Origin: Candidatus Omnitrophota bacterium
GTDB taxonomy: Bacteria; Omnitrophota; Gorgyraeia; Gygaellales; Profunditerraquicolaceae
Direction of reading: 5' to 3'
Length of the DNA stretch: 64,000 bases
NCBI GenBank assembly: GCA_028712255.1
Contig: JAQTQJ010000009.1
Location: 13,977 to 77,976 of the forward strand
Part shown: piece after piece, positions 1 through 12,247 of the stretch
How positions within the stretch are numbered: position 1 is the stretch's first letter
How the letters are laid out: each line of letters begins with the position of its first letter
The notes under the pieces: generated by a model
What the model saw: only the letters and a program-made list of their open reading frames with translations
Told to the model about the DNA's origin: nothing
Database searches by the model: none
Program-made: the position numbers and the translations under genes

Positions 1-3000
1 GAACTAGACTTAGATATTGTCTGCCGTAAATTAAGGAAAGATTTAGAAAAATCCAAAGATGTTTTAAATAATCGCAAAGCCATTAAAAGTTTAAAGATTG
101 TTGAAGATTTTAAGAAAAGTGGAAATAAACCGGAATGGATGATTTTAGAAATCGTACCGGTAATTCCTCCGGATTTACGCCCCCTAGTCCCCTTAGAGGG
201 TGGAAGATTTGCCACAAGTGATCTCAATGATTTATATCGTAGGGTAATTAACCGCAATAACCGATTAAAGAAATTAATGGAATTAAGCGCCCCTGAAATT
301 ATTATCCGTAATGAAAAACGCATGCTTCAGGAGGCAGTAGATGCGCTTTTGGACAATGGCCGCCATGGTAAGGCTGTTAATGGCGCAAATAACCGCCCGT
401 TAAAATCTCTTTCCGACATGCTTAAGGGAAAGCAAGGAAGATTCCGCCAGAATCTTCTTGGTAAACGCGTTGATTATTCGGGGCGTTCAGTTATCGTCGT
501 GGGGCCTGAGTTAAAATTGCATGAATGCGGCCTTCCTAAACAAATGGCCTTAGAGTTATTCGAGCCTTTCATCATTAAAAAATTAAGAGAAAAAGGTTTT
601 GTACATACGATTAAAGGCGCACGACGCATGGTTGAGCGCGGTAAGATCGAGGTCTGGGATATTCTGGATGAAGTAATTAAAGACCATCCGATTATGCTAA
701 ATCGTGCTCCTACCTTGCACCGTTTAGGGATTCAAGCATTCCAACCATTATTAATCGAAGGAAAATCAATAAAAATTCACCCTTTAGTTTGTACTGCTTT
801 TAATGCGGACTTTGACGGAGACCAAATGGCCGTGCATGTACCGTTGTCTCTGGAATCACAGTTAGAGACCAAGGTTCTTATCATGGCCATAAATAACATA
901 TTTTCTCCTGCAGACGGGCGTCCCGTAATTTCTCCTACTCAGGATATAATTTTAGGTATGGCATATTTGAGCCGTGAAAAAGCAGGTGCCCTTGGCGAGG
1001 GTAAGATTTTTTCAAGTAGCGATGAAGTTTTGATGGCTTATGATGATAAAGCAGCGCAGCTGCATGCTAAAATCAAGATTCGGGTAATGAGTTTATATAA
1101 TTTCGATCAGAAAAAGGCTATCGATGGTAAACAGCTGGTTACTACCACTGTCGGTAGGGTATTGTTTAATCAGGTTTTACCGCCAGAGTTTGGATTTGTT
1201 AATTGTGACCTGAATAAAAGCAGGGTTAGTGATATTGTAGTTAGTTGCTATAAGAGGTTTGGGCATACTACAACTATCAAGTTACTTGATGATATTAAGA
1301 GATTGGGTTTTGAAATGGGTACCCTGGGAGGAATTTCTATCGGTATCGACGATATGACTGTTCCGGTAGATAAACCACAAGTTTTAAAGGAGTCAAAGGA
1401 AGAGGTAGCTCGTGTTGAAGATCAATACCGTAAAGGTATTATTACCGATAGTGAGCGTAAATCAAAAGTAATTGATATTTGGACGCATGCCACAGATAAA
1501 ATTTCCGATCTTTTATTCAAGGGGATGGATTCATTTAATCCTATTTTTATGATGGCAGATAGCGGTGCTCGTGGTTCGCGCCTGCAGGTTAGGCAGCTTG
1601 CCGGTATGCGTGGGCTTATGGCTAAACCAAGCGGTGAAATTATCGAAAATCCTATTACGGCAAATTTCCGTGAAGGCTTAAATGTCCTGGAGTATTTTAT
1701 TTCTACTCACGGTGCGCGAAAAGGATTGGCAGATACCGCGTTAAAAACTGCAGATGCTGGATATTTAACCCGCAGGCTTGTAGATGTTGCTCAAGAGGTA
1801 ATTGTTTGCGAAGAAGATTGCGGAACGCTTAATGGTATTACTGTTTCGGCGATTGTAGAAGGGGATGAAGAGGTTGTAGGTTTGAAGGATAGGATTATCG
1901 GAAGAGTCGCTTTGGACAACGTGGTTGATATTATTACCGATGAGGTAATTGTTGAGCAAGGCAGCGAAATAACCGAAGAAAAAACCGATAGGATAGAAAA
2001 ATTAGGAATTGAAAAAATCCGTATCCGCAGTGTTTTAACTTGTGAATCAGGCCGGGGAGTTTGTGCTAAATGTTATGGCCGTAATTTATCTACTGGTAGA
2101 TTGATTGAGTTAGGGGAAGCAGTTGGAGTTGTGGCAGCCCAGAGTATTGGTGAACCCGGTACGCAGTTGACTATGAGAACTTTTCATATCGGTGGTACGG
2201 CCTCCAGGACTATCGAGCAGTCGTTTATTAAAGCTAAGAATGAAGGTATAATCAAATACCATTCTTTAAGGGTTACACTTAAAAATAAAGAATATGTTGT
2301 TTTAAATAGAAATGGCGCTATCAGTGTCAATGATGCACAGGGAAGGGAGCTTGAACGTTACCCGCTTCCGCAAGGCGCGTTTATTCTTATTGAGGATGGA
2401 AAGGTTGTTACAAAAGGTACTTCTTTTGTGCATTGGGATCCGTATACTTTGCCGGTACTTACTGAAGTGGCAGGGTTAGTGCGTTTTGAAGACCTGCGCG
2501 AGAATGTCACTATGCGCGAAGAAATAAATCCGGTTACAAAATTAATTGAGAGGGTTGTGGTTGAGCATAAACCGGAATACCATCCACAGGTAGTTATCCT
2601 GGATGATAAAAAAGAAGTTTTAGGTATCTATCCAATTCCAATCGGTGCCCACATTATTGTCAAAGATGGTGATCAGGTGGGCGGTGGAGACCTTCTTGCA
2701 AAGATTCCACGCACCGTAGTTAAAACTCGCGATATTACCGGAGGCCTTCCGCGCGTAGCTGAGCTTTTTGAGGCAAGGCGCCCGAAAGACCCTGCGGTTA
2801 TCAGTGAAATCGACGGATTCATAGAATTTGGTGAAACCAAGAAAAATCAGCGTGTTATAGTCGTTAAATCTGCTACTGGTATGTCCAGGGAATACATTAT
2901 TCCTCATGGGAAACATCCGAATGTTTATAAAGGGGATAAGGTTACTGCAGGACAACAGCTTACTGATGGCCCGGTAGTTTTACAGGATATTTTAAGTGTT

Positions 3001-3495
3001 TGCGGTGATAAGGTTTTACAGGAATACTTGGTGAATGAGGTTCAGGAAGTTTATCGTTTACAGGGCGTGCGTATTAATGATAAGCATATTGAGGTAATCA
3101 TTCGCCAAATGCTCAAAAAAGTAAGAGTTGAAGATCCGGGTGATACCGAATTTCTTGCCACTCAACAGGTAGACAAGTGGGTGTTCCAGAAAGAAAATAC
3201 CCGTGTAATTAAGAAAGGTGCCCGGCCGGCTCAGGCAACGCCTCTTCTTTTGGGTATAACCAAAGCTTCTCTTACCACTGAGAGTTTTATTTCTGCAGCC
3301 AGTTTTCAGGAAACTACACGTGTTTTAACTGAAGCCGCCACAAGCGGTAAAAAAGACGAATTATTTGGTTTAAAGGAGAATGTTATTGTAGGGCACTTAA
3401 TTCCTGCAGGTACAGGATTTAAGGCTCACCGTGATATCGAAGTAGTAAAAATAGGCGCTGAAAATGCCCAAGAAAAAAAGGAAGAAAAGGAATAA
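1..3495 (+). CDS. rpoC: DNA-directed RNA polymerase subunit beta' (5'-truncated at window edge)
   Basis: Frame open from nt 1. [12 protein letters not shown] catalytic loop is present. Sits upstream of rpsL-rpsG-fusA-tuf. Confidence 0.95.
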   Translation, partial: ELDLDIVCRKLRKDLEKSKDVLNNRKAIKSLKIVEDFKKSGNKPEWMILEIVPVIPPDLRPLVPLEGGRFATSDLNDLYRRVINRNNRLKKLMELSAPEIIIRNEKRMLQEAVDALLDNGRHGKAVNGANNRPLKSLSDMLKGKQGRFRQNLLGKRVDYSGRSVIVVGPELKLHECGLPKQMALELFEPFIIKKLREKGFVHTIKGARRMVERGKIEVWDILDEVIKDHPIMLNRAPTLHRLGIQAFQPLLIEGKSIKIHPLVCTAFNADFDGDQMAVHVPLSLESQLETKVLIMAINNIFSPADGRPVISPTQDIILGMAYLSREKAGALGEGKIFSSSDEVLMAYDDKAAQLHAKIKIRVMSLYNFDQKKAIDGKQLVTTTVGRVLFNQVLPPEFGFVNCDLNKSRVSDIVVSCYKRFGHTTTIKLLDDIKRLGFEMGTLGGISIGIDDMTVPVDKPQVLKESKEEVARVEDQYRKGIITDSERKSKVIDIWTHATDKISDLLFKGMDSFNPIFMMADSGARGSRLQVRQLAGMRGLMAKPSGEIIENPITANFREGLNVLEYFISTHGARKGLADTALKTADAGYLTRRLVDVAQEVIVCEEDCGTLNGITVSAIVEGDEEVVGLKDRIIGRVALDNVVDIITDEVIVEQGSEITEEKTDRIEKLGIEKIRIRSVLTCESGRGVCAKCYGRNLSTGRLIELGEAVGVVAAQSIGEPGTQLTMRTFHIGGTASRTIEQSFIKAKNEGIIKYHSLRVTLKNKEYVVLNRNGAISVNDAQGRELERYPLPQGAFILIEDGKVVTKGTSFVHWDPYTLPVLTEVAGLVRFEDLRENVTMREEINPVTKLIERVVVEHKPEYHPQVVILDDKKEVLGIYPIPIGAHIIVKDGDQVGGGDLLAKIPRTVVKTRDITGGLPRVAELFEARRPKDPAVISEIDGFIEFGETKKNQRVIVVKSATGMSREYIIPHGKHPNVYKGDKVTAGQQLTDGPVVLQDILSVCGDKVLQEYLVNEVQEVYRLQGVRINDKHIEVIIRQMLKKVRVEDPGDTEFLATQQVDKWVFQKENTRVIKKGARPAQATPLLLGITKASLTTESFISAASFQETTRVLTEAATSGKKDELFGLKENVIVGHLIPAGTGFKAHRDIEVVKIGAENAQEKKEEKE

Positions 3496-3498
3496 ATT

Positions 3499-3876
3499 AT
3501 GCCCACAATTGCGCAACTGATTAGATTTGGTAGGATCTCCAAAAAGAAGAAAAGTAAATCTCCTGCTTTAAAAGCTTGCCCCCAGAGAAGAGGGGTATGT
3601 ATTCAGGTGCGTACTATGACGCCTAAGAAACCTAACTCAGCTTTAAGAAAAATTGCCAGGGTTAGGCTTACTACTGGCTTAGAGGTTACCGCTTATATTC
3701 CTGGAGAAGGGCATAATCTTCAGGAACACTCCATTGTTATGGTTAGAGGAGGAAGGGTTAAAGATTTACCGGGTGTTCGTTACCATATTGTAAGAGGTAC
3801 GTTGGATGCTTCTGGTGTTAACGCACGTAGGAGAGGCCGCTCTAAATATGGAGCAAAGAGACCGAAGGCAGCTTAA
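3499..3876 (+). CDS. rpsL: 30S ribosomal protein S12
   Basis: 125 aa. Conserved S12 sequence ([10 protein letters not shown]...). str operon position. Confidence 0.95.
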   Translation: MPTIAQLIRFGRISKKKKSKSPALKACPQRRGVCIQVRTMTPKKPNSALRKIARVRLTTGLEVTAYIPGEGHNLQEHSIVMVRGGRVKDLPGVRYHIVRGTLDASGVNARRRGRSKYGAKRPKAA

Positions 3877-3911
3877 ACTTATATAGAATTTAACGCAATA
3901 AAGGATAATCG

Positions 3912-4382
3912 ATGAGAAGAAGAAAAGCACAGGAAAAAGTTATTCTAGCGGATCCTAAATATAACAGTAAGATAATAGCCAAATTTATGAATATGGTTAT
4001 GGTTGATGGAAAAAAAGCTATAGCTGAAAGATTGGTTTATAGCGCTTTTGATATTGTGCTCAAAAATCTAAATGAGCAAGATATCTTAAAGGTGTTTTAT
4101 AAGGCATTGGATAATGCCCGGCCACGCCTGGAAGTAAAACCGCGCAGGGTGGGTGGAGCAACCTATCAGGTGCCTATAGAAGTAAGGCAGGAACGTGGTA
4201 CTTCTATAGCATTGCGCTGGCTTCGGGATTTTGCTCAAAATAAAAAAGGTAAACCTATGCAGCAAAAATTGGCGGAAGAAATTATCGCAGCCTATAAGGG
4301 AGAAGGATCGGCAATTAAAAAGAGAGATGATACGCATAAAATGGCTGAATCTAATAAAGCCTATGCGCATTTCCGCTGGTAA
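3912..4382 (+). CDS. rpsG: 30S ribosomal protein S7
   Basis: 156 aa S7-like sequence between rpsL and fusA. Confidence 0.95.
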   Translation: MRRRKAQEKVILADPKYNSKIIAKFMNMVMVDGKKAIAERLVYSAFDIVLKNLNEQDILKVFYKALDNARPRLEVKPRRVGGATYQVPIEVRQERGTSIALRWLRDFAQNKKGKPMQQKLAEEIIAAYKGEGSAIKKRDDTHKMAESNKAYAHFRW

Positions 4383-4385
4383 ACT

Positions 4386-6482
4386 ATGAGGAAGATACCA
4401 TTAGATAAAATTAGGAACATTGGGATAATTGCCCATATTGACGCCGGAAAAACTACAACTAGTGAACATGTTTTATTTTACACGGGTAAAAATTATAAAA
4501 TCGGCGAAGTGCATGACGGGGCAGCTACTATGGATTGGATGGTTCAGGAGCAGGAAAGAGGGATTACTATTACTGCCGCTGCTACTACCTGTAAATGGAA
4601 AGATATAACTATTAACTTAATCGATACCCCAGGCCACGTAGATTTTACTATCGAAGTAGAGAGATCATTAAAAGTTTTAGACGGGGCAGTGGTTGTTTTT
4701 TGTGGAGTCGGCGGAGTTGAACCACAATCAGAAACCGTTTGGCGTCAGGCAGACCGTTATGGAGTCCCTAGAATTGCTTTTGTTAATAAAATGGATCGAA
4801 CAGGAGCCGATTTTTTTGCGGCCGTTGATCAGATGCATGAAAGATTAGGTGCAAATGTCGCGCCGATTCAGCTTCCCGTCGGCAAAGAAACAGGTTTTAA
4901 CGGCTTGATTGATCTGGTTGAAAAAAAGTTTATTCATTACGAAGATGAATTAGGAAAAGAGTTTGTGATAAAAGATCTTTCAGAGGATATGATTGCCGAT
5001 TTTGAAAAATACCGTTTGGTTTTGGTTGAAAAAGTCGCCGAAGCTGATGATTTAATTATGGAGGTTTATTTACAAGGCAAAGTTGTTACTAATGAGCAGT
5101 TGAAGGCAGCAATTCGTAGAGCAGTAATTGTAAATAAATTTGTGCCGGTGCTTTGCGGCTCAGCTTTTAAGAATAAAGGCGTGCAGATGGTTTTAGACGC
5201 GGTAAAAGATTATCTTCCTTCGCCGATTGATGTTCCCCCGGTAAAAGGTACCAATCCTGATTCTGGGGAATTTGAAGAAATTAAAGCTGATGATAGTTCT
5301 CCTTTCACTGCTTTATGTTTTAAGGTAGCAACTGATCCTTTTGTCGGAAAAATATTTTTTGTAAGGATGTATTCCGGAATACTTACTTCAGGAACTTATA
5401 TTTATAATGCTTCAAAGAGGGAAAGAGAACGTGTTACTAAAATTGTTAAATTACACGCTAATCACCAGGAGATAACTGATAGCCTTTCTACGGGTGACAT
5501 TGCTGCTTTGGTAGGTTTAAAAGATACAAAAACCGGGGATACTCTTTGTACCGAAAAGAATCCTATTCTGGTTGAGGCTATGCGTTTTCCTGATCCGGTT
5601 ATTCAGCAGGCGATTGAACCTAAATCAAAAGATGCCCAGGAAAAATTGGGCATGGCGATGCATAAACTGGAAGATGAAGATCCATCATTTAGGGTTACCT
5701 ATAATCAGGAAACTGGCCAAACCCTTATTGCTGGAATGGGACAGCTACATTTGGAAATTATCGTCGATAGAATTTTACGAGAATTTAATGTTGAGGCTAC
5801 AGTCGGCGCTCCACAGGTTGCTTATCGTGAGACGATTAGAAAGAGTGTTTCTAGTGTTGGAAAATTTATTTCACAATCGGGTGGCCGTGGCCAATACGGG
5901 CATTGCGTTATTGAAATGAGCCCGCAAGAGACCCCGGGAACCGGTATTACATTTGAAGATAAAATTAAAAGTGGCGCAATTCCGCGTGAATTTATTCCTG
6001 CGGTAAAACAGGGAGTAATGGGTGCTGTTAAAAACGGAGTATTAGCAGGATATCCGGTTACCGACGTAAAAGTTGTTTTGATTGATGGATCATTCCATGA
6101 GGTCGATTCATCAGAATTAGCATTTAAAATGGCAGGATCCATTGCTTTTCAGGACGGAATGAAAAGAGCAAATCCTGTTCTATTGGAACCGATTATGGAT
6201 ATTGAGGTCGTCGTGCCTGAAGAATTTATGGGGCAGATTATCGGCGATCTAAGCAGTAGGCGAGCAAAAATAATTGCCCTTGGCCAGAGATTAAATTTGC
6301 GTACTATCCGAGCGAATGTTCCACTGTCGGAAGTTTTTAATTACGCAACAGTAACAAGATCCTTGACACAAGGCCGTGCTTCGTATACAATGGAACCTTC
6401 CTTCTACAGCGAAGTTCCAGCACATGTAGCGGAAAAAGTTATTCAAGGTTCAACAAATACAAAAGAAAGAAAAACTTTTTAA
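4386..6482 (+). CDS. fusA: elongation factor G
   Basis: 698 aa. G-domain [10 protein letters not shown] and DTPGHVDF motifs. str operon context. Confidence 0.95.
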   Translation: MRKIPLDKIRNIGIIAHIDAGKTTTSEHVLFYTGKNYKIGEVHDGAATMDWMVQEQERGITITAAATTCKWKDITINLIDTPGHVDFTIEVERSLKVLDGAVVVFCGVGGVEPQSETVWRQADRYGVPRIAFVNKMDRTGADFFAAVDQMHERLGANVAPIQLPVGKETGFNGLIDLVEKKFIHYEDELGKEFVIKDLSEDMIADFEKYRLVLVEKVAEADDLIMEVYLQGKVVTNEQLKAAIRRAVIVNKFVPVLCGSAFKNKGVQMVLDAVKDYLPSPIDVPPVKGTNPDSGEFEEIKADDSSPFTALCFKVATDPFVGKIFFVRMYSGILTSGTYIYNASKRERERVTKIVKLHANHQEITDSLSTGDIAALVGLKDTKTGDTLCTEKNPILVEAMRFPDPVIQQAIEPKSKDAQEKLGMAMHKLEDEDPSFRVTYNQETGQTLIAGMGQLHLEIIVDRILREFNVEATVGAPQVAYRETIRKSVSSVGKFISQSGGRGQYGHCVIEMSPQETPGTGITFEDKIKSGAIPREFIPAVKQGVMGAVKNGVLAGYPVTDVKVVLIDGSFHEVDSSELAFKMAGSIAFQDGMKRANPVLLEPIMDIEVVVPEEFMGQIIGDLSSRRAKIIALGQRLNLRTIRANVPLSEVFNYATVTRSLTQGRASYTMEPSFYSEVPAHVAEKVIQGSTNTKERKTF

Positions 6483-6487
6483 TAACA

Positions 6488-6538
6488 CACCCCGCGCTTA
6501 TAAGGAATTGCGCGGGTGTGCCCTTAGGGGCAAGGAGG
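6488..6538 (+). promoter_or_regulatory. Recurrent structured leader motif, copy 1 (upstream of tuf)
   Basis: Hairpin 1: CACCCCGCGC, loop TTATAAGGAATT, GCGCGGGTG. Hairpin 2: TGCCCTTAGGGGCA. Followed by AAGGAGG, 9 nt before the ATG. Confidence 0.6.
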
Positions 6539-6547
6539 ATAAAAGAT

Positions 6548-7750
6548 ATGGCTAAAGAAAAATTTGTAAGAAGTAAGCCGCATGTAAATATCGGAACCAT
6601 TGGACATATTGATCATGGTAAAACCACACTTACTGCTGCCATTTGTAATGTTTTATCAAAACTTGGGCAAGCTACAGCCAGAGATTATGCAGATATTGCT
6701 AAAGGTGGTACGGTTAGAGATGAGACAAAAGTTGTTACGATTTCAGTTGCGCACGTTGAGTACGAAACTGCCGCACGTCACTATGCACATATCGATTGTC
6801 CGGGGCACGCCGATTACATTAAGAATATGATTACCGGGGCTGCTCAGATGGACGGAGCAATTTTAGTTGTTTCAGCAGCAGATGGCCCGATGCCTCAGAC
6901 TCGCGAGCACATACTTTTAGCGCGGCAGGTAAATGTACCTGCAATGGTCGTGTTCATGAACAAGGTTGATTTGGTGGATGATAAAGAACTTTTGGATCTA
7001 GTTGAAATGGAAATAAGAGATCTTTTAACCAAATATGGATACCCAGGAGATAAAACTCCGATTATCCGTGGTAGTGCCAATAAAGCTTATTCCGCAACTG
7101 ATCCTAATGGAGCAGACGCTAAGTGTATTATGGATTTGATGAAAGCAGTTGATGAGTTTATTCCTCTTCCTCCTAGGGAGTTAGATAAACCTTTGCTTAT
7201 GGCAGTTGAAGATGTTTTCAGTATTGAAGGTAGAGGTACTGTTGCTACCGGAAGAATCGAACGTGGCAAAGTTAAGGTTGGAGAGGAAGTTGAGCTTATC
7301 GGTTTGAGGGATTTGCCCAAGAAGTCGGTGGTTACCGGAATTGAAATGTTCCGTAAACTTTTAGATGAAGGGCAAGCCGGAGATAATGTTGGTTTACTTT
7401 TAAGAGGTATAGAAAAGAATGATGTTGAGCGTGGAATGGTAATTGCGGCTCCTAAATCTATTCTACCTCATACAAAATTTAAAGCCAAGGTTTACATTTT
7501 AACCAAAGAGGAAGGCGGAAGACATACTCCATTTTTTAAAGGATATCGTCCACAGTTTTATTTCCGTACTACCGATGTAACCGGAACAGCTATTCTTCCT
7601 ACCGGTGTTGAAATGGTTATGCCTGGAGATAACGTGGATTTGGAAGTTGAGTTGATTATTCCGGTTGCCATTGAAAAAGAATCGCGTTTTGCTATTCGCG
7701 AAGGTGGCCACACTGTTGGAGCAGGAGTAGTTACTGAGGTTATTGCATAA
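6548..7750 (+). CDS. tuf: elongation factor Tu
   Basis: [13 protein letters not shown] and DCPGHADY motifs. ATG 6548 is preceded by AAGGAGG. The ORF-track start at 6518 lies inside the leader motif and is probably too far upstream. Confidence 0.93.
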   Translation: MAKEKFVRSKPHVNIGTIGHIDHGKTTLTAAICNVLSKLGQATARDYADIAKGGTVRDETKVVTISVAHVEYETAARHYAHIDCPGHADYIKNMITGAAQMDGAILVVSAADGPMPQTREHILLARQVNVPAMVVFMNKVDLVDDKELLDLVEMEIRDLLTKYGYPGDKTPIIRGSANKAYSATDPNGADAKCIMDLMKAVDEFIPLPPRELDKPLLMAVEDVFSIEGRGTVATGRIERGKVKVGEEVELIGLRDLPKKSVVTGIEMFRKLLDEGQAGDNVGLLLRGIEKNDVERGMVIAAPKSILPHTKFKAKVYILTKEEGGRHTPFFKGYRPQFYFRTTDVTGTAILPTGVEMVMPGDNVDLEVELIIPVAIEKESRFAIREGGHTVGAGVVTEVIA

Positions 7751-7753
7751 ATA

Positions 7754-8059
7754 ATGAATACACAAAAGATTCGTATTAAGTTAAAAGCCTATGATCATCG
7801 CCTCTTGGATCAGGCAGTAATTGAAATTGTGGATACCGTTAAGCGTACCGGGGCCAAGATTTCCGGCCCCGTACCGCTTCCTACTAAAAGGGAAATTTAC
7901 ACGGTACTGCGTTCCCCGCACGTTGACAAAAAATCGCGGGAACAGTTTGATTTATCTACCCATAAACGCCTTATTGACATCTTTGAACCCACAGCCAAGA
8001 CCATCGATTCGTTAAGGAAATTAAACCTTCCTGCAGGGGTGGACGTAGAAATCAAGTAA
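7754..8059 (+). CDS. rpsJ: 30S ribosomal protein S10
   Basis: 101 aa S10-like sequence. First gene of the S10 cluster. Confidence 0.95.
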   Translation: MNTQKIRIKLKAYDHRLLDQAVIEIVDTVKRTGAKISGPVPLPTKREIYTVLRSPHVDKKSREQFDLSTHKRLIDIFEPTAKTIDSLRKLNLPAGVDVEIK

Positions 8060-8081
8060 TAAATCAAAAACGGATAAATAA

Positions 8082-8717
8082 ATGATTGGATTGATTGGTA
8101 AAAAAATTGGAATGACTCAAGTGTTTACTGCAGATAATAGCCAGGTTGGCGTTACTGCTATCGAGGCTGGGCCTTGTCCGATACTTATGGTTATGGGCAA
8201 GTTTATTCAGCTGGGTTTTGATTTAGCAAGGGAAAAGAGTTTGAAAAAACCGCAGTTAGGCCTTTATAAAAAATTAAATATAACTCCTCGTAAAGTAATC
8301 AAAGATATTACAAAAGAGGCTAATGTTGAATATAAGGTTGGTAATGAACTTAGGGTTGATCTTTTTGCGGAAGGTGATTTTGTAGATGTAAGCGGAATTT
8401 CTATTGGAAAAAGTTTTCAGGGAGGTATGAAACGTTGGCATTGGAAGGGTGGGCCCAGGACGCATGGTTCTACTTCACATCGTCGAGTCGGTTCTATTGG
8501 TTCTAGCACCACTCCTGGCCGTGTATTTCGCGGGCATCATATGCCAGGGCATATGGGTGCACAAAATGTAACGGTACAGAACTTAAAAGTAATCAAAGTA
8601 GATTTAGCTAATAACCTTCTGTTGGTTGAAGGAGGGGTTCCCGGTCACAAGAACGGGTATTTAGTGGTTACTAAAGCCTTGAAGAAAAAGGCAAAGAAAG
8701 TAGCGGTAAAGAAATAA
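8082..8717 (+). CDS. rplC: 50S ribosomal protein L3
   Basis: Starts [15 protein letters not shown]. Conserved order. Confidence 0.93.
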   Translation: MIGLIGKKIGMTQVFTADNSQVGVTAIEAGPCPILMVMGKFIQLGFDLAREKSLKKPQLGLYKKLNITPRKVIKDITKEANVEYKVGNELRVDLFAEGDFVDVSGISIGKSFQGGMKRWHWKGGPRTHGSTSHRRVGSIGSSTTPGRVFRGHHMPGHMGAQNVTVQNLKVIKVDLANNLLLVEGGVPGHKNGYLVVTKALKKKAKKVAVKK

Positions 8718-8718
8718 T

Positions 8719-9363
8719 ATGTTTAAATTATCTGTATATAATATTCAAGGGAAAGAAGTTGAAACGATTGAGCTGGACGCGAAGATCTTTGATGGCAGCC
8801 AAAATACCGATAGTTTGCATCAAGCCATTGAGGGTTATAGGGCTAATCAAAGAAAAGGATTAGCTTCTACTAAAACCCGCGGCGAAGTTTCCGGTGGCGG
8901 TAAGAAACCCTGGAAACAAAAAGGTACAGGGCGTGCCCGCGTAGGTTCTACTCGTTCTCCGCTTTGGAGGCATGGAGGCGTAGTCTTTGGGCCACATCCG
9001 CGTGATTTTTCTTATGATGTTCCTCAGAAAATCAAGGCCCTGGCTTTAAAAACCAGTTTGAATCTTAAGTTAAAAGAAAACAACTTTATGGTGCTGGATG
9101 ATTTTAAAATCGAATTGCCCAAGACTAAAGAAGCAGTTAATGTTTTAAGTAATTTAAAATTATTCTCAGCAAAAGAAAAAAAGATAAAAAAGGTTTTATT
9201 TCTAACGCATAAGCTAGACAGCAAATTAAAGACAGCTTTGAAGAATATTAATTTTTTGACTGTAGATTTGGCTTCTGATTGCCATGCTTATGAAGTAATG
9301 AACAACCAAAAACTGCTTATTACTAAAGAGGGATTGGGGCTTCTTACAAAGAGGTTAAAATAA
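8719..9363 (+). CDS. rplD: 50S ribosomal protein L4
   Basis: 214 aa L4-like. Conserved order. Confidence 0.9.
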   Translation: MFKLSVYNIQGKEVETIELDAKIFDGSQNTDSLHQAIEGYRANQRKGLASTKTRGEVSGGGKKPWKQKGTGRARVGSTRSPLWRHGGVVFGPHPRDFSYDVPQKIKALALKTSLNLKLKENNFMVLDDFKIELPKTKEAVNVLSNLKLFSAKEKKIKKVLFLTHKLDSKLKTALKNINFLTVDLASDCHAYEVMNNQKLLITKEGLGLLTKRLK

Positions 9364-9641
9364 TGGCTCGGTTGGATTCTATAATTAAAGCGCTTTTACA
9401 AACTGAAAAATCTAGTACTTATTTGCCTGGTGGTAAATATCTTTTTCTGGTAGATAATGCTGCCAACAAGATTGAAATTAAAAAAGCAGTTGAAGTGCTT
9501 TATAAAGTCAAAGTAAAGGATGTTAATACATTTGTTTCAATTGGGAAGTTAAAAAGAGTAAGGCATCAGTTAGGGCGTACATCTGATACCAAGAAGGCTG
9601 TGGTTACTTTGGCGGCCGGACAAAAAATAGAGGTAGCATAA
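9363..9641 (+). CDS. rplW: 50S ribosomal protein L23
   Basis: 92 aa L23-like. Conserved order. Confidence 0.9.
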   Translation: MARLDSIIKALLQTEKSSTYLPGGKYLFLVDNAANKIEIKKAVEVLYKVKVKDVNTFVSIGKLKRVRHQLGRTSDTKKAVVTLAAGQKIEVA

Positions 9642-9642
9642 G

Positions 9643-10479
9643 ATGGGTCTTATTAAATTCAAGCCGACTACACCAAGCCGCAGGCATATGAGCGGGCCGG
9701 ATTTTGCCGAGATCACCAAGACAAAACCGGAGCGTTCATTGTTGGTCCCCTTAAAAAAAACGGGGGGAAGAAATTCTTATGGGCGTATTACTACTAGGCA
9801 TATTGGCGGCGGACATAAGCGTATGTTGCGTTTAATTGATTTTAAACGCGATAACCTCGACCAACCGGCAAAGGTTCTAGCTATTGAATATGATCCGAAT
9901 CGATCAGCCAGGATTTCTTTAGTTGAATATCCTGATAAACAAAAGAGATATATTATTGCCCCGCTTGGCCTTAATGTAGGGGATATTGTTGTTGCCAGCG
10001 ACCAGAAAGACATTGAAATTAAACCTGGTAATTGCCTTCTTTTACGCAATATTCCTTCCGGAACACTGATTCATAATATTGAATTATCTAAGGGCAAGGG
10101 TGCACAAATTGTCCGTGGTGCAGGAACTAGCGCTCAGATTATGGCAAAAGAGTCTGATATGGCCCATGTTCGATTGCCAAGCGGTGAAGTAAGGTTAGTA
10201 AGCCTAGATTGTCATGCTACTATCGGGCAAATTGGTAATATTGACCACGATGCCATTATTTTAGGAAAAGCAGGTAAAAGCCGCTGGTTAGGAATCAAAC
10301 CTTCAGTAAGAGGAGTAGTAATGAATCCATTTGATCATCCTCACGGTGGAGGAGAAGGCAAGAGTGGGCAAGGTAATCCGCATCCTGTTACTCCTTGGGG
10401 TAAGCCTACCAAAGGTTATCGCACTAGGAACCGAAATAAATATTCTAATAAATTTATCGTTAAAAGAAGGAAGCCATAA
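9643..10479 (+). CDS. rplB: 50S ribosomal protein L2
   Basis: 278 aa. Conserved L2 C-terminus (GGGEGK...). Confidence 0.95.
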   Translation: MGLIKFKPTTPSRRHMSGPDFAEITKTKPERSLLVPLKKTGGRNSYGRITTRHIGGGHKRMLRLIDFKRDNLDQPAKVLAIEYDPNRSARISLVEYPDKQKRYIIAPLGLNVGDIVVASDQKDIEIKPGNCLLLRNIPSGTLIHNIELSKGKGAQIVRGAGTSAQIMAKESDMAHVRLPSGEVRLVSLDCHATIGQIGNIDHDAIILGKAGKSRWLGIKPSVRGVVMNPFDHPHGGGEGKSGQGNPHPVTPWGKPTKGYRTRNRNKYSNKFIVKRRKP

Positions 10480-10481
10480 TT

Positions 10482-10769
10482 ATGCCGCGCTCACTTAAAA
10501 AAGGTCCATACGTTGAGGAAAGTTTATTAAAAAAGATTCAAAAGCAGACTAAGGCTGGATTGCGTCAGGCAATTAAAACCTGGAGCAGAAGGTCAACAGT
10601 GTTGCCGGATTTCGTAGGTTTAACGTTTGCGGTTTATGATGGCAAGAAGCATGTTCCGGTTTTTATAACCGAGAATATGGTAGGGCATAAACTAGGAGAG
10701 TTTGCTCCGTCGAGGATATTCAGGAAACATGGCGGTATAAAAGCAAAGAAGGCTCTGGAGAAAACATAA
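10482..10769 (+). CDS. rpsS: 30S ribosomal protein S19
   Basis: 95 aa S19-like. Conserved order. Confidence 0.93.
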   Translation: MPRSLKKGPYVEESLLKKIQKQTKAGLRQAIKTWSRRSTVLPDFVGLTFAVYDGKKHVPVFITENMVGHKLGEFAPSRIFRKHGGIKAKKALEKT

Positions 10770-10770
10770 G

Positions 10771-11109
10771 ATGATTTCAAAAGCTGAAGGAAAATTTTTG
10801 AGAATTTCTCCCAGTAAGGTACGTATAGTTGCTGATCTTATTCGTGGCAAAGATGCAATTGTCGCACAAGGGATTCTTTTGCATTTAAATAAAAGGTCAA
10901 AAGAATATTTAATAAAGATATTGAAATCTGCCATTGCTAATGCTAAAATAAAAGGTTTCGTAGCTGATAAATTATATGTTTCTAAGATTGTTTGTAATCC
11001 TGGCCCGATGTGGAAGAGGTTTAAGGCAGCAGCTTTCGGCCGGGCTGCCTCAATAGTTAAGCGTACTGTTCATATAAAAATTGAATTAGATTTAAAACCG
11101 GGGGAGTAA
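10771..11109 (+). CDS. rplV: 50S ribosomal protein L22
   Basis: 112 aa L22-like. Conserved order. Confidence 0.9.
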   Translation: MISKAEGKFLRISPSKVRIVADLIRGKDAIVAQGILLHLNKRSKEYLIKILKSAIANAKIKGFVADKLYVSKIVCNPGPMWKRFKAAAFGRAASIVKRTVHIKIELDLKPGE

Positions 11110-11112
11110 TTT

Positions 11113-11820
11113 ATGGGACATAAGGTAAGTCCTTTAGTGTTAAGGATTGGTTTTATAAGACAGTGGCATTCGCGTTGGTTTGCTAAAGCCAAAGATTTCC
11201 CGCTGTTTATCCAGCAGGATCAAAAAATAAGAAAATTTATTAAAAATAAGTTTAAGCAGGCAGCGATATCTAAAATTGTTATTGAAAGGCTTGCAGAAAA
11301 AATTAAAGTTCGTATTTTTTCAGCCCGCCCTGGAATTATTATCGGCCGGCATGGTTCGGATATTGAGCGCTTACGCGCGGATCTAAATAGTTTGGTCAAG
11401 AATGAATTGTCTATTGATATACAGGAAATTAATAATCCTGCCTGGGATGCGCAATTAGTTGCGGAGAATATTGCTTTGCAACAAGAAAAGAGGATTGCAT
11501 TTCGTAGGGCAGTAAAAAGAGCTATGGAGCAGTCAATTCAATCCGGAGTAAAAGGTATTAGGGTTAGTTGTTCTGGCCGGCTCAATGGCGCAGAAATGGG
11601 CCGCCGTGAAACTTATAAAATTGGCAAGGTTCCTTTACAAACTTTACGCGCGGATATTGATTATGGTTTTGCAGAAGCCCTTACAACATACGGTTTAATC
11701 GGAGTTAAGGTTTGGATTTATAAAGGGGATATTCTGGGAAAAGAATTTGTCAAAGAAGATGTTAAAGTGGTTCAACAGGGACGGTCTCAGGAAGCATTTC
11801 GGCAGCAGTCTCAACGTTAA
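11113..11820 (+). CDS. rpsC: 30S ribosomal protein S3
   Basis: 235 aa with KH-like N-terminus. Conserved order. Confidence 0.93.
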   Translation: MGHKVSPLVLRIGFIRQWHSRWFAKAKDFPLFIQQDQKIRKFIKNKFKQAAISKIVIERLAEKIKVRIFSARPGIIIGRHGSDIERLRADLNSLVKNELSIDIQEINNPAWDAQLVAENIALQQEKRIAFRRAVKRAMEQSIQSGVKGIRVSCSGRLNGAEMGRRETYKIGKVPLQTLRADIDYGFAEALTTYGLIGVKVWIYKGDILGKEFVKEDVKVVQQGRSQEAFRQQSQR

Positions 11821-11829
11821 GAGGTAAAA

Positions 11830-12246
11830 ATGGTTTTAATGCCCAAAAGAGTTAAATATCGTAAATTACAAAAAGGCCAAAGGCGTGGGATAGCTACTTG
11901 TGGCTCGACTTTATCTTTTGGAGAGTTTGGTTTAAAATCTTTAGAAAATGGTTGGATTAAAAATACGCAAATCGAAGCAGTACGCGTGATTTTGGCGCGT
12001 CAGTTGCATAAAGGCGGTAAATTATGGATCAGGATATTTCCGGATAAATCCATAACCAAGAAACCGGCTGAAGTACGTATGGGTAAAGGTAAAGGAGATC
12101 TTGATCATTGGGTGGCTGTAGTAAAAAGAGGCCGTATACTTTTTGAATTGGGCGGAATTCCTCAGGAGTATGCTAAGTCATGTTTTCGTCTGGCAGCCTA
12201 TAAGATACCGCTACGCACAAAATTTGTAACCAGGATGCATAAATAA
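11830..12246 (+). CDS. rplP: 50S ribosomal protein L16
   Basis: 138 aa L16-like. Conserved order. Confidence 0.93.
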   Translation: MVLMPKRVKYRKLQKGQRRGIATCGSTLSFGEFGLKSLENGWIKNTQIEAVRVILARQLHKGGKLWIRIFPDKSITKKPAEVRMGKGKGDLDHWVAVVKRGRILFELGGIPQEYAKSCFRLAAYKIPLRTKFVTRMHK

Positions 12247-12247
12247 T

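Noticed and set aside
5572-5919. Plus-strand alternative-frame ORFs inside fusA, tuf (6600-6830) and rpsJ (7821-8015)
   Set aside because: Out-of-frame overlaps within highly conserved genes. No independent support.
6488-6532. Leader-motif hairpins as rho-independent terminators of the upstream gene
   Set aside because: None is followed by a U-tract. They sit inside operons (fusA-tuf, rpsN-rpsH-rplF, rpsM-rpsK) and directly abut the SD, which points to 5' leader function.
6518-6547. ORF-track start of tuf at 6518 ([15 protein letters not shown]...)
   Set aside because: EF-Tu universally begins near MAKEKF. The upstream extension lies inside the structured leader motif. AAGGAGG precedes ATG 6548.
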